From positions 132,671-196,670 of the forward strand of contig CAVRYU010000005.1 of NCBI GenBank assembly GCA_963725585.1: a stretch of 64,000 nt of DNA, given 5' to 3'. Positions 48,219 through 57,565 of this stretch are shown here, piece after piece. This stretch comes from an uncultured Bacteroidales bacterium. Its GTDB lineage: Bacteria > Bacteroidota > Bacteroidia > Bacteroidales > VadinHA17. The stretch's first letter is position 1. Each line of letters opens with the position of its first letter. The notes beneath the pieces are model-generated. The model searched no databases. It was not told the origin of the DNA and saw nothing but the letters and a program-made list of their open reading frames with translations. Made by a program: the position numbers and the translations under genes.

Positions 48219-50624
48219 TTATTCATGCCTGATCATTTCCGCTGGATTAACCCTTGATAACTTTATCGCATGATAACTGATAGCCATAAGTGATATCAGA
48301 AATGATATAAGAAGAGCACGCAGGAAAACTCCGGTTCCGATATTAACATGATAAGCAAAGTTCTGTAGCCATTTGGTCATTAATGAATACGCGATTGGCC
48401 AGGCAAAAACAATTGATACCAGAATCCATTTGGCCATTTCGTTTATCAGCATTGCCATTATTCCTGCTGGTTGTGATCCCATTACTTTCCGTATTACCAT
48501 CTCCTTAGTTCGACTTTTTGTAGTATAAGATGAAAGGCTGTACTGTCCGAGACAGGTGAGTATAACAGCAAGTACAGCTGAGAAAATGAAAATAGTAGCC
48601 AGTTTCCTGTCGGAACTGTACATAGCTTCCACCCGGTCGCTGAAAATAGAAACCGGATTCAGATAATGCGGAGATAATTTTTTAAGTTTCTCTTCAACAA
48701 ATAGTCTTGTCTCAGAAATGGTTCCGGGATTTACCTTTACGGAAATAAAAGAAGTTTCTTTAAACCCTTCACTTCCTACAGACGATATTGCAAGTGGTTC
48801 AACAGGAAGACGTAAGGAATGAAAATAAAAATCTTTTAATACTCCAATCACGATACCCATATCTACATCAAATCCAAATTTTTGACCAATCGGATCATCC
48901 CATCCGATGATTTTTGCAGCAGTTTCATTAATGATAAATTTGTTTATGGTATCGGTTGTAAAATCATTTGAGAACCCTCTTCCTGAGACAATTTTAAAAT
49001 TGTAAAACTCAATAAAATTATTCCCAATACCGGCTTGATAAATGCCAAGGTTATAATCTGAAGGCTTGCCCTCCCAGTTCCCTTGTGAGTTGGAATTTAT
49101 GGTTACCGGAAGGTTTGCAGAGGATGTAATATCTTTTATTTTTGAATTTGCACGGAGTTCGCTGACAAGGACTTCGGGATTTTTTCGGATAGCAGGATCC
49201 TGGAGGTTCACTGTCAAAATGTTGTTTTTGACAAATCCAAGATCGGTATTTTTAATAAAGTTAAGCTGCCGCAATACTGTAAATGTGCAGATGAGTGCAA
49301 CAGTTGAAATTACGTATTGCAGAACAATAAGTATATTTCTCAGATAGTCCGATCTCCTTCTTCCGCTGGTATACTTAAAATCCTCTTTAATAAGGCTTAA
49401 CGGGCTGAAAGAAGCAAGGTGAAACGCCGGATAAGAACCTGCCAGCAGCCCTGCAACAAGCATAATTGCAAGTATTATTATCAGGGTCGGGATTTCCATT
49501 ATCATTCTGAAGCTTAAAGGTCTGTCAGTAAAATCACTGAATACGGGTAGTAAAAACCATACAATCAGCAATCCAAGAATCAGGCCTCCCAGTGAGATTA
49601 AAATGGATTCGGCAAGCAACTGAATGATGAGATCGCGTCTGCTGCTTCCCGAGACTTTTAAAATTCCTATTTCCCTTCCCCTGTTAATTGACCTTGCTGT
49701 AGCCATATTCATATAATTAAAACATGCAATCAGGATAATAAGTATTCCGATAGAAGTTATTAAATATATGTACCTGATGTCAATGTTATTGCCAGGTGCA
49801 AAGTTTATTTTTCCACCAAGATGTATATCTTTAAGAGGTTCCGGTATAAGCTCCATTTTAAATGGGTGAGGATTGGCACTATTATATTTCTTGTAAAGTT
49901 CATCAAGCTTGCTCTTAATAGTTATTGGTTTAACCTTATCCGACAACTGGAAATATGTTATATAACTGTTTGAGCCCCACCTCTCAACATTTTCCTTCCC
50001 GCCCCTGATATTGTACAATGTTTCAAAACCCGTCAGAAAATCAAAATCGAAATGCGAATTAGATGGAATATTATCAAGAATTCCGCTTACTGTGAACAAG
50101 TATTTGTTATCAGCTAAAATGGTTTTCCCAACGGGGTCTTCATTGTTAAAATATTTTGAAACCATTTCTTTGGTAATGAACAGTGTAAATGGCTCTTTCA
50201 AGGCTTCTGCTGGATTGCCTGAAATGACCCGAAATGTGAATATCTTCAGAAAGTCGGTATCGGTGTAAAGGAAGCCGCTTTCGGCAAAGAGTGATCCATT
50301 ATACTCCAGGGTATGCGAATTCAATTTGCATTTGGTAGAGTATTTAATCTCGGGGATGTTGTTTACTAGAGCCTCCTTCAGTGGTCCGGCGGTCACTGCA
50401 AAAAGATTTGTCCCCATATAACTATTCTCGGCTTGTTTTGTAACGATACGGTATATTTTACCTGCATTTTTATGGTATTTATCATAGCTGAATTCATACT
50501 GTACATATAAAAGTATTAGTATGCTGCAACTCAGAGCAATTGACAAGCCGATAGCACTTATTACTGACTGGTGTCCTTGACTGATTAAGCTTTTAAAGGC
50601 AAGTTTAAGATAGTTTTTTATCAT
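48219..50624 (-). CDS. ABC transporter permease, MacB/FtsX type (paralogue 5)
   Basis: 801 aa with EFSYDKYHKNAGKIYRI and C-terminus NPAEMIRHE. Confidence 0.85.
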   Translation of the reverse strand: MIKNYLKLAFKSLISQGHQSVISAIGLSIALSCSILILLYVQYEFSYDKYHKNAGKIYRIVTKQAENSYMGTNLFAVTAGPLKEALVNNIPEIKYSTKCKLNSHTLEYNGSLFAESGFLYTDTDFLKIFTFRVISGNPAEALKEPFTLFITKEMVSKYFNNEDPVGKTILADNKYLFTVSGILDNIPSNSHFDFDFLTGFETLYNIRGGKENVERWGSNSYITYFQLSDKVKPITIKSKLDELYKKYNSANPHPFKMELIPEPLKDIHLGGKINFAPGNNIDIRYIYLITSIGILIILIACFNYMNMATARSINRGREIGILKVSGSSRRDLIIQLLAESILISLGGLILGLLIVWFLLPVFSDFTDRPLSFRMIMEIPTLIIILAIMLVAGLLAGSYPAFHLASFSPLSLIKEDFKYTSGRRRSDYLRNILIVLQYVISTVALICTFTVLRQLNFIKNTDLGFVKNNILTVNLQDPAIRKNPEVLVSELRANSKIKDITSSANLPVTINSNSQGNWEGKPSDYNLGIYQAGIGNNFIEFYNFKIVSGRGFSNDFTTDTINKFIINETAAKIIGWDDPIGQKFGFDVDMGIVIGVLKDFYFHSLRLPVEPLAISSVGSEGFKETSFISVKVNPGTISETRLFVEEKLKKLSPHYLNPVSIFSDRVEAMYSSDRKLATIFIFSAVLAVILTCLGQYSLSSYTTKSRTKEMVIRKVMGSQPAGIMAMLINEMAKWILVSIVFAWPIAYSLMTKWLQNFAYHVNIGTGVFLRALLISFLISLMAISYHAIKLSRVNPAEMIRHE

Positions 50625-50807
50625 AGCTGAATAAATAACTTCTGAAGAAACCTTTATAGAAAGACCTTAACAGGAGAGATTTGCTGCATGTTAACATAAA
50701 GGTTGCAGCAAACAAAGACAGATTAGATATCAACGCCCTGAATTTACACATGAACAGTTCAACTATTGTTTTATAAAAGAGTATTAACAGATTATCTGTT
50801 AAATGGC

Positions 50808-50843
50808 AAAAAAAGAGGTGCCCCTTTATCAGGCACCCCTTTA
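50808..50843 (-). terminator. Intrinsic terminator after the ABC ATPase gene
   Basis: The minus-strand RNA reads AGGGGUGCC-UGAUAAAGG-GGCACCUCU followed by U7, about 35 nt after the stop at 50880. Confidence 0.65.
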
Positions 50844-50879
50844 GAATTTCAGAGAGTTTATATCGGATTATTTAAGATT

Positions 50880-51542
50880 CTATGTAACAATCTGACCATC
50901 AAACAGGTTAACTATCCTGTGTGCGTATCCCGCATCCCTTTCGGAGTGTGTTACCATGATTATCGTGGTTCCCTCCCTGTTAAGCTCGCACAGAAGGTTT
51001 ATTACTTCAATACCATTTTTTGAATCCAGGTTACCTGTCGGCTCATCTGCCAGGATAAGTCGGGGATTTGCCACCACAGCGCGGGCAATTGCCACTCTCT
51101 GCTGCTGACCTCCCGAGAGTTGCTGAGGGAAGTGCTTTGCACGATGAGTTATCTTCATTCTGTCAAGAGCCTCTTCAACTTTTTTCTTCCTTTCACTGGT
51201 CTTCATCTTTAAATATATAAGCGGCAGCTCCACATTCTCAAATACATTGAGTTCATCAATCAGATTGAAGCTCTGGAAAACAAACCCGATATTTCCTTTA
51301 CGGAATACGGTTCGGTCACGCTCTTTCAGGTTTGCAACTTCGGTTCCATTGAACAGGTAACTTCCTGAGGAGGGATTATCGAGCAGCCCGAGAATATTCA
51401 GGAGGGTCGATTTCCCGCACCCCGACGGACCCATGACTGCAACATATTCTCCTTCCTTTACATTCAGATTGATTTTATTGAGAGCAGTGGTCTCAACCTC
51501 TTCGGTTCTGAAAATCTTGGTTAAATCGTTCGTTTTGATCAT
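50880..51542 (-). CDS. ABC transporter ATP-binding protein (MacB/LolD-like)
   Basis: 220 aa. Walker A GPSGCGKST. Signature LSGGQQQRVAIARA. Walker B LILADEPTGNLD. Confidence 0.92.
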   Translation of the reverse strand: MIKTNDLTKIFRTEEVETTALNKINLNVKEGEYVAVMGPSGCGKSTLLNILGLLDNPSSGSYLFNGTEVANLKERDRTVFRKGNIGFVFQSFNLIDELNVFENVELPLIYLKMKTSERKKKVEEALDRMKITHRAKHFPQQLSGGQQQRVAIARAVVANPRLILADEPTGNLDSKNGIEVINLLCELNREGTTIIMVTHSERDAGYAHRIVNLFDGQIVT

Positions 51543-51566
51543 GACAATTTTTATTAGTTGTTATTC

Positions 51567-52841
51567 TTATTTCTTAAAAAGCAGCTTTTCATTTTTACCA
51601 AAGGTCTCATAACCCGATACTATGACTTTCTCACCCGGATGGAGCCCTTCAAGTATCTCGTAGTATTTTGGATTTTTCCTGCCGACCGAAATATTCCTTC
51701 TGGTCGCGAACGATTCTGAAGGGTCAAGTACAAAAATCCATTGGCCTCCTGTTTCCTGAAAGAATCCGCCTATCGGAACCATCACTGATACTTTAGGCTG
51801 ACCCAGCTGAAGACTGGTGTAATATGTCTGCCCGGTTCTTATATTATCAGGCATGCTGTCAGTGAACACCATATCGATTTCGAATGTGCCGTTCCTGACT
51901 TCCGGATAAACTCTTCTGACTACAAGGTTGAACAGGCTCCCCTGCCTGTCGATCGTGGCGGTAAGCTGGGTTCTGACTCTGTCAATGTAGTGTTCATCTA
52001 TCTGGGCTGTAACCTTATATGATGTAAGAACATTGATCTGTCCCATATTTGCTCCACGAGAGATCGATTGTCCGATCTCCGGGACCAGAAGCCCGAGCTG
52101 ACCGTCGACAGTTGCCTTTACATTGAGGTTTTCAACCCGCTGTCTGACAAGAGACAGGTTTCGGCGCATATTTTCAAGGTTTGCTTTCAGGGTTTCCACC
52201 TGAACCGACCGGAATATTGAATCCTGCCTTTCCCTCTCAAGGAAAAGCTCGCGCGAACTAAGGGCCATATCCAGATCCTCCCTGGACCTTATAAATTCTT
52301 CCTGCGATATCAGGTTATCTTTTATCAGGACGCTATTTTGCCTGTAAATACGTTCTTTTCTTTCAATATCATACTTCAGACTGATAAGTTCTCTTTTAAT
52401 TGAGATCCTTTCCTGTTCCATGGTCACCTGCGTATTCCTCAGGAAGTTTTCCTTTTCAGCAAGCTGAGCCTCACTATCGAGGATATTCAGGTACAGATCA
52501 GGATTGCTCAGCTTAAGGATGATATCGCCCTTTTTCACCATCGAGCCCTCTTCAATAAGAATTTCCTCCACACGTCCGCCCTCCTGGGCATCAAGAAATA
52601 CTATACTTATTGGTTCAACGGTACCCGGAATCGTAATGTAATCGTTGAACTGGTCCTCAATAACAGTCTCAATTATCAGTTTGTCCTTTTCAACTTTATA
52701 CGTTGATGTCCGGTCCGTAAAAAAAGCCATATAGAATAGCACAATTATTACAAGGCCGAAAACAATATATCCGATATGTTTTTTCTGAAGTCCTTTTTTC
52801 TTTGGAATAGCTTTGTCCATTTTTTCACGAGGGGTATCCAT
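51567..52841 (-). CDS. Efflux periplasmic adaptor subunit (HlyD/MacA family)
   Basis: 424 aa with an N-terminal TM, a lipoyl-like region (VKKGDIILKLSNPDL), a long coiled coil and a beta-barrel C-terminus. Confidence 0.8.
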   Translation of the reverse strand: MDTPREKMDKAIPKKKGLQKKHIGYIVFGLVIIVLFYMAFFTDRTSTYKVEKDKLIIETVIEDQFNDYITIPGTVEPISIVFLDAQEGGRVEEILIEEGSMVKKGDIILKLSNPDLYLNILDSEAQLAEKENFLRNTQVTMEQERISIKRELISLKYDIERKERIYRQNSVLIKDNLISQEEFIRSREDLDMALSSRELFLERERQDSIFRSVQVETLKANLENMRRNLSLVRQRVENLNVKATVDGQLGLLVPEIGQSISRGANMGQINVLTSYKVTAQIDEHYIDRVRTQLTATIDRQGSLFNLVVRRVYPEVRNGTFEIDMVFTDSMPDNIRTGQTYYTSLQLGQPKVSVMVPIGGFFQETGGQWIFVLDPSESFATRRNISVGRKNPKYYEILEGLHPGEKVIVSGYETFGKNEKLLFKK

Positions 52842-52857
52842 ATCAGGTCATTATATT

Positions 52858-54213
52858 TTAATTGTTGATTATTTTTTCATATTCTCCGGTTGAATAGAAC
52901 TGAATTGTAAGTATCCTTATCAGAAGCTGAAGCTTGGTCCTTAAAACTTCCGTTTCGGCCCTGAAAAGTGTGGTCTTTGCAGCCGAATAATCAGTTACAT
53001 CAACGAGACCGGCTTCAAATTTCTTCTCTACAGCATCAAATGATTTCTTATTGAATTCAAGATTGGCTGTCGCAGCAATATACTCATCCTTTCCCCTGTT
53101 GAAATAAAGACAAGCATCTTCGATTTCTGTATATAAGCTGTTCTTTTCTTGCTCAAGTTTCAGTTCAGTATCATTCCTCCTAATTTTTGCCAACCTGATA
53201 TTCCTGCCAGTATTGAAGTTATTAAAAATCGGAATATCGAGTGAAAGAAAGAGTGCCTGGCTGTTATTGTTCTTTAACTGTTGGGAAAACGAGTCCTGTT
53301 CAGGGACACCTTCACTTATTACTTTATAATACCCTGTGAAGATTGCACCACCGACAGTCAGGCTTGGGGCAAGTCTGCCCCTGGCAGCTGCAACCTGTCT
53401 GCGCGAGGCCATCAATTCATAATTAATTGCTTTTAGCCGTGGAAGGGTTTGAGAAGCAATATTATAGACACTGTCAGTATCAAAATTGTCATCGTTGATT
53501 AAGGTATTTTCAAGATCAGGCATCAGCAGATCAAACTCTGTTCCAGGCTCAAGCTGAAGCAACTGTTTAAGAGATGTGATGGCCTGGTCTGATGTATTTT
53601 TTGCAATTGTGTAAGAGAGCCTGTCTTCTGAAGCCCTGCTCTCCAACTCGAATTGCTTTGAAAGAGCCTCTTTACCCGTTTCAACCATTTTAGTAATTCT
53701 GAAAAGCTGTTTCTCAGAAAGATCCAGCTGCATTTTTGCTGCATCTTCAAGTCCCTTTGCATACAATACCTGGTAATATGCTCCAAGGATATTGACAATA
53801 AGAGTATTTCTGGTTATTTTCCCGGTTTCCAGTCCTGCTTTGACCATGAACTTGTTTGCGGAGATCGTATTTAGTGTAGCAAAGCCGTTAAAGAGTTGAA
53901 AAGATGAGCTCAGAGAATAGGAGTTACTAAGGTTCTGCTTAAAAGTAATAAGGTTTGTTACAGGGTCAATTGACCTTCCAAAGCCAACACGGGCATCAGA
54001 ATTAAAATTAAGTGATGGAAGAAGGTTCAACTTTGCTTTAAGGAAGTCAACCTCAGCTGATTCTGTTATAAGCATCTGCCTCTGGAGCCCGATGTTTCTT
54101 TCAACAGCATAATCAATACAATCCTGGAGGCTCCATTTTTTTAGTTCCTGGGCTGATATCGTCCCGAAACCTGTAATAAAACATATCATCAATAACCGGA
54201 TCGTCCTGTTCAT
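52858..54213 (-). CDS. TolC family outer membrane efflux protein
   Basis: 451 aa with a signal peptide, WSLQDCIDYAVERN at the N-terminus, and two OEP repeats. Confidence 0.85.
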   Translation of the reverse strand: MNRTIRLLMICFITGFGTISAQELKKWSLQDCIDYAVERNIGLQRQMLITESAEVDFLKAKLNLLPSLNFNSDARVGFGRSIDPVTNLITFKQNLSNSYSLSSSFQLFNGFATLNTISANKFMVKAGLETGKITRNTLIVNILGAYYQVLYAKGLEDAAKMQLDLSEKQLFRITKMVETGKEALSKQFELESRASEDRLSYTIAKNTSDQAITSLKQLLQLEPGTEFDLLMPDLENTLINDDNFDTDSVYNIASQTLPRLKAINYELMASRRQVAAARGRLAPSLTVGGAIFTGYYKVISEGVPEQDSFSQQLKNNNSQALFLSLDIPIFNNFNTGRNIRLAKIRRNDTELKLEQEKNSLYTEIEDACLYFNRGKDEYIAATANLEFNKKSFDAVEKKFEAGLVDVTDYSAAKTTLFRAETEVLRTKLQLLIRILTIQFYSTGEYEKIINN

Positions 54214-54240
54214 ATCCCTGTTTAATATTTATCTTAATAT

Positions 54241-54256
54241 CTCAAAGTACGTGCCA
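54241..54256 (-). promoter_or_regulatory. Candidate sigma-54 promoter (TGGCACG-N4-TTGA) for the tolC-adaptor-ATPase operon
   Basis: The minus strand reads TGGCACGTACTTTGAG. Against the consensus TGGCACG-N4-TTGC the only mismatch is the final C to A. The -12 element lies about 28 nt upstream of the tolC ATG (54213). Confidence 0.45.
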
Positions 54257-54486
54257 TGATCTTAACTTTCAGTAATACAGTAAAATACAGATATCCGGTA
54301 TCTGTGGAATGTAAAAAAACAAGACAGTATGGTGTCTAATAATTAGACATTATTCTTTTCCGGAAACAGGTGATTTTACAGGGAACCCTGCTAATTATAA
54401 GATCGATCTTATCAGAAATCTGTTTACAAAAGCCAGTGATTGGTTTATAAGCCGGGTAAAAAGAACTGATATATATTTGAGTATTT

Positions 54487-55539
54487 TCAATTTAAAACCG
54501 GTAAAACAGATTCTTTAATAAAAAGCGTACTAACCTGAGGAGTAGTATAGTTATGTTCAGTAAATGCAATTATAAGCTTATAATCGGGGAATACATATAA
54601 TTTCTGGCCTCCGGCACCTTCGGCAGAGGCCATCATGATGTTTTTATTCTCTCTTATGCTTATATCTCTGATCCACCAGAAATAACCATATTTTGACGTA
54701 TCAAAAGATGTTGAAATATATGATTTTGTTGCCTTTCTGATCCATTCCTCCGATACAATAAGCTTATTATCCCATTTCCCGTTATTCAGTACCAGTATAC
54801 CTATTTTCACAACATCTGCAGGAAGCATACTTAATCCGCCGCCAGCATGGCAAAATCCCTCTGAATCTTTAAGCCAGCTATAATTATTTACGTTAAGCGG
54901 ACCAAAAAGATATTTATCTGCAAAGTCATCAAGCCTCATTTTTGTAGCTTTTTCAATAATTCCTGCCACGATCATAGGGCACCCGCTGTTGTATTTAAAT
55001 TCTTTAAACGGTTCTGTGGCCATCGGACGAGATAATGAATATTTGAGCCAATTTCCGCTTTCGAACATTTTTGCATTATCATTTTTTGGATCATCAAATG
55101 GGATCATCTCCTCCCATTCAAATCCGGATGTCATGGTCAGCAGATCCCTGATCGTCACGCTCGATTTAAGTTTATCCCCGTTACTGAAATATTCAGGGAA
55201 GTAAAATGCAACCGGGGTGTTTTCACTTTCAACAAACCCTTTATCAATGGCAATACCCATCAGCAGGGCCACAATACTCTTGGTCTGCGATTGGATAAGA
55301 TGGAGTGAATCTCCTTTGTACCCATTATAATACTTTTCGAATTTCAGTTTACCAGCGGAAAAGACAATAATGCTCTCAACGTTCTTAAAGAACATGCGGT
55401 TGTCCGATTCTATTATACTGTCTGCTTTCATAATTGCAGTATCAAGTTTTGTGCTATCAACGGAAGCAGTCTGGGCAAATGTTTTTGGGAAGGAAATTAA
55501 CATGATCCCTGATACCAGAAACAAAGTTAATTTATTCAT
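54487..55539 (-). CDS. Serine hydrolase, beta-lactamase / transpeptidase-like family
   Basis: 350 aa with a signal peptide, the S-x-x-K motif SQTKS, and the Y-x-N motif YNSG. Confidence 0.75.
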   Translation of the reverse strand: MNKLTLFLVSGIMLISFPKTFAQTASVDSTKLDTAIMKADSIIESDNRMFFKNVESIIVFSAGKLKFEKYYNGYKGDSLHLIQSQTKSIVALLMGIAIDKGFVESENTPVAFYFPEYFSNGDKLKSSVTIRDLLTMTSGFEWEEMIPFDDPKNDNAKMFESGNWLKYSLSRPMATEPFKEFKYNSGCPMIVAGIIEKATKMRLDDFADKYLFGPLNVNNYSWLKDSEGFCHAGGGLSMLPADVVKIGILVLNNGKWDNKLIVSEEWIRKATKSYISTSFDTSKYGYFWWIRDISIRENKNIMMASAEGAGGQKLYVFPDYKLIIAFTEHNYTTPQVSTLFIKESVLPVLN

Positions 55540-55787
55540 AATTAATGGTTTGTTTAGGGGTTAGTCTTTAGTCGGTACTGAATATTTTCACCTCTTGTAA
55601 GTTTATTATTAAGTGCATTGAATTTTTTTATTTTCATCATTTTAAGTAAATTTAAGCATTGATCCTATAATCAGCATATGAAGTCAACAAATGGTATGAA
55701 ACATTTTACATACATCAGGTTATACCCTACCTCCGGTAATTAAATCAGTTTGTCCGCTTTAAAGGAGATGATTAATTTTTATATCAG

Positions 55788-56030
55788 ATGGATTGCAGAA
55801 AAGGTTGTGGTGCATGTTGTATAGCAGTTTCAATTTCTTCACCGATACCTGGTATGCCCGGCGGTAAATCGTCAGGAGTCAGATGTATCCACCTGCTTGA
55901 TGATTACAGGTGTGCCATTTATAACCTTCCTGAAAAACCTAAGGTATGCAGCGATTTTAAAGCTGAACCTGAGTTTTGCGGTAGTGACAGGGAGGAGGCG
56001 TTACATATACTTTATAATCTAAGTAGTTAG
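55788..56030 (+). CDS. YkgJ-family cysteine-cluster (zinc/iron-chelating) protein
   Basis: 80 aa with CRKGCGACC, and C..C and C..C further on. Typical of UPF0153/YkgJ. Confidence 0.6.
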   Translation: MDCRKGCGACCIAVSISSPIPGMPGGKSSGVRCIHLLDDYRCAIYNLPEKPKVCSDFKAEPEFCGSDREEALHILYNLSS

Positions 56031-56033
56031 ATA

Positions 56034-56096
56034 GGTCATGCAGGTCATGGAGGTCAGACCGGCAAGACCGGCAAGACCTGCACGACCTGTGTTTTT
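56034..56096 (+). terminator. Hairpin built from 9-nt tandem repeats plus a T5 run (terminator of the YkgJ-like gene)
   Basis: AGGTCATGC/AGGTCATGG/AGGTCAGAC then CGGCAAGAC/CGGCAAGAC/CTGCACGAC. CAGGTCATG (56042-56050) pairs with CACGACCTG (56082-56090). T5 lies at 56092-56096 and overlaps the SusD stop codon. Confidence 0.55.
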
Positions 56097-57544
56097 CAGT
56101 TCCTGTCCCAGAAAAGCCTCGTTGAAGCCTGATCACCTCCGATAGCAGTTGCCGCGGCAGTGTAGTTTGCAAGATTCATCTTGTTTTCGTTATAAGGGTA
56201 TGGCATCCTCACAGGTATATCAGTATAAACCATTCCTTCAGGTGGATTAAGGAGAGGGAAATCAAGTCTTCTCCATTCAGCCCACGATTCAATGCCACTG
56301 TCGAATAGACCAAGCCACTTCTGATTACCTATTTTCTGTTTGTAGTTTCCCGCTGCAGTGGCATACGCAACGGCTGGCTGTGCCAGATACGAGGCAGCCG
56401 CGGCATCCGGAACACCCCAGTATTTCATGCTTGCCAGAATTGCATTATTGTAATGCAACGCAGCATCACCCGGAACTCCATATATACCTCTTTCGGCTGC
56501 CTCGGCCAGAAGAAACTCAACCTCCACATAGTCGCACATAATTACCCAGTATTTGGGATTGATCCTGATTATATCGGCAAAATGAGAAAACAGGGAATAA
56601 CTTGATGCACCTGCCTTCCCATACTGGAGACCTTTATATTCATTATTGTATTTAGTGAACCAGATATCCCGGCGCGGATCGTTCAGTGAATTCATCTTAT
56701 CAATAATTGTATTTGTCGGACAATAATCCTTCCTGGCAAGTATTACAAACTCATTGTAATATGAACTGACAAGAGGAGTGACTCCCAGATAATGAAGTAT
56801 TGCACTTTCCGACTGATCTGAAAAGACTCCGGAAACTATTGCCTCGTTTACAATTGCAGCTGCATTGGATGAGGGTACCTCAGACAGTCTCATACCTATT
56901 CTTAATTTTAACGAGGCTCCGAATTTTTTCCATAAACCTACATCACCATTATACAGGACATCAGCTGTGCCAAAACCATCATAATTGCTGTCAAGGTCTG
57001 AAATAGCACCGCTTAAGACTTCCACAAGATCCTTATAGACCGTAAACGCATCATCATATTTAGGCCGGCTGTTTTCTGCCCCCTTAAGAGCTTCCGAGTA
57101 AGGGATATCACCAAATGCATCAACCAGAATCTGATAAGCATATACTTCACAGATATCAATTATCGCAAGCTTATTCTTCTTCCTCCCGATTTCCATCTCT
57201 GAAGGAATTTCAATTGCTTCAAGCTTGAATTTTGCTTCTTCCAGATTCATAAGAACATCGCGGTAGAGAACCCCCCAGTAGGTATCGGGTACCTGTCTGT
57301 CCTGGAAATTATAGCGGCTTTCGGCAACATAAGTTACTTCAGATTGATATTGAACGAGAAGTCTGGAAATATTGTCATTAACATTTATATCTCCGATCAG
57401 ACTGTCGAGAGCTACCAGGGCAGTTGTAAATACTGCTTCAGGAGAAATGACTTTTGGATATTTCGGATCGATATTGTCGGGAAGTTCACACGAACTTACC
57501 AGTGCAACAAGGATTGCTATAATATATTGAACTTTTCTTTTCAT
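56096..57544 (-). CDS. SusD/RagB-family nutrient-binding outer-membrane lipoprotein
   Basis: 482 aa with lipobox LVSSC, directly downstream of the SusC-like gene. C-terminus W.EWRR...P typical of SusD-like_2. Confidence 0.85.
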   Translation of the reverse strand: MKRKVQYIIAILVALVSSCELPDNIDPKYPKVISPEAVFTTALVALDSLIGDINVNDNISRLLVQYQSEVTYVAESRYNFQDRQVPDTYWGVLYRDVLMNLEEAKFKLEAIEIPSEMEIGRKKNKLAIIDICEVYAYQILVDAFGDIPYSEALKGAENSRPKYDDAFTVYKDLVEVLSGAISDLDSNYDGFGTADVLYNGDVGLWKKFGASLKLRIGMRLSEVPSSNAAAIVNEAIVSGVFSDQSESAILHYLGVTPLVSSYYNEFVILARKDYCPTNTIIDKMNSLNDPRRDIWFTKYNNEYKGLQYGKAGASSYSLFSHFADIIRINPKYWVIMCDYVEVEFLLAEAAERGIYGVPGDAALHYNNAILASMKYWGVPDAAAASYLAQPAVAYATAAGNYKQKIGNQKWLGLFDSGIESWAEWRRLDFPLLNPPEGMVYTDIPVRMPYPYNENKMNLANYTAAATAIGGDQASTRLFWDRN

Positions 57545-57565
57545 TTTTTTAATTTTTAGATTGAA

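Noticed and set aside
55957-56172. 71-aa ORF containing CRSCRSCRS and LHDLHDL repeats
   Set aside because: It is the translation of the 9-nt tandem repeat / terminator hairpin, and it overlaps the SusD 3' end in antisense. There is no independent coding evidence.
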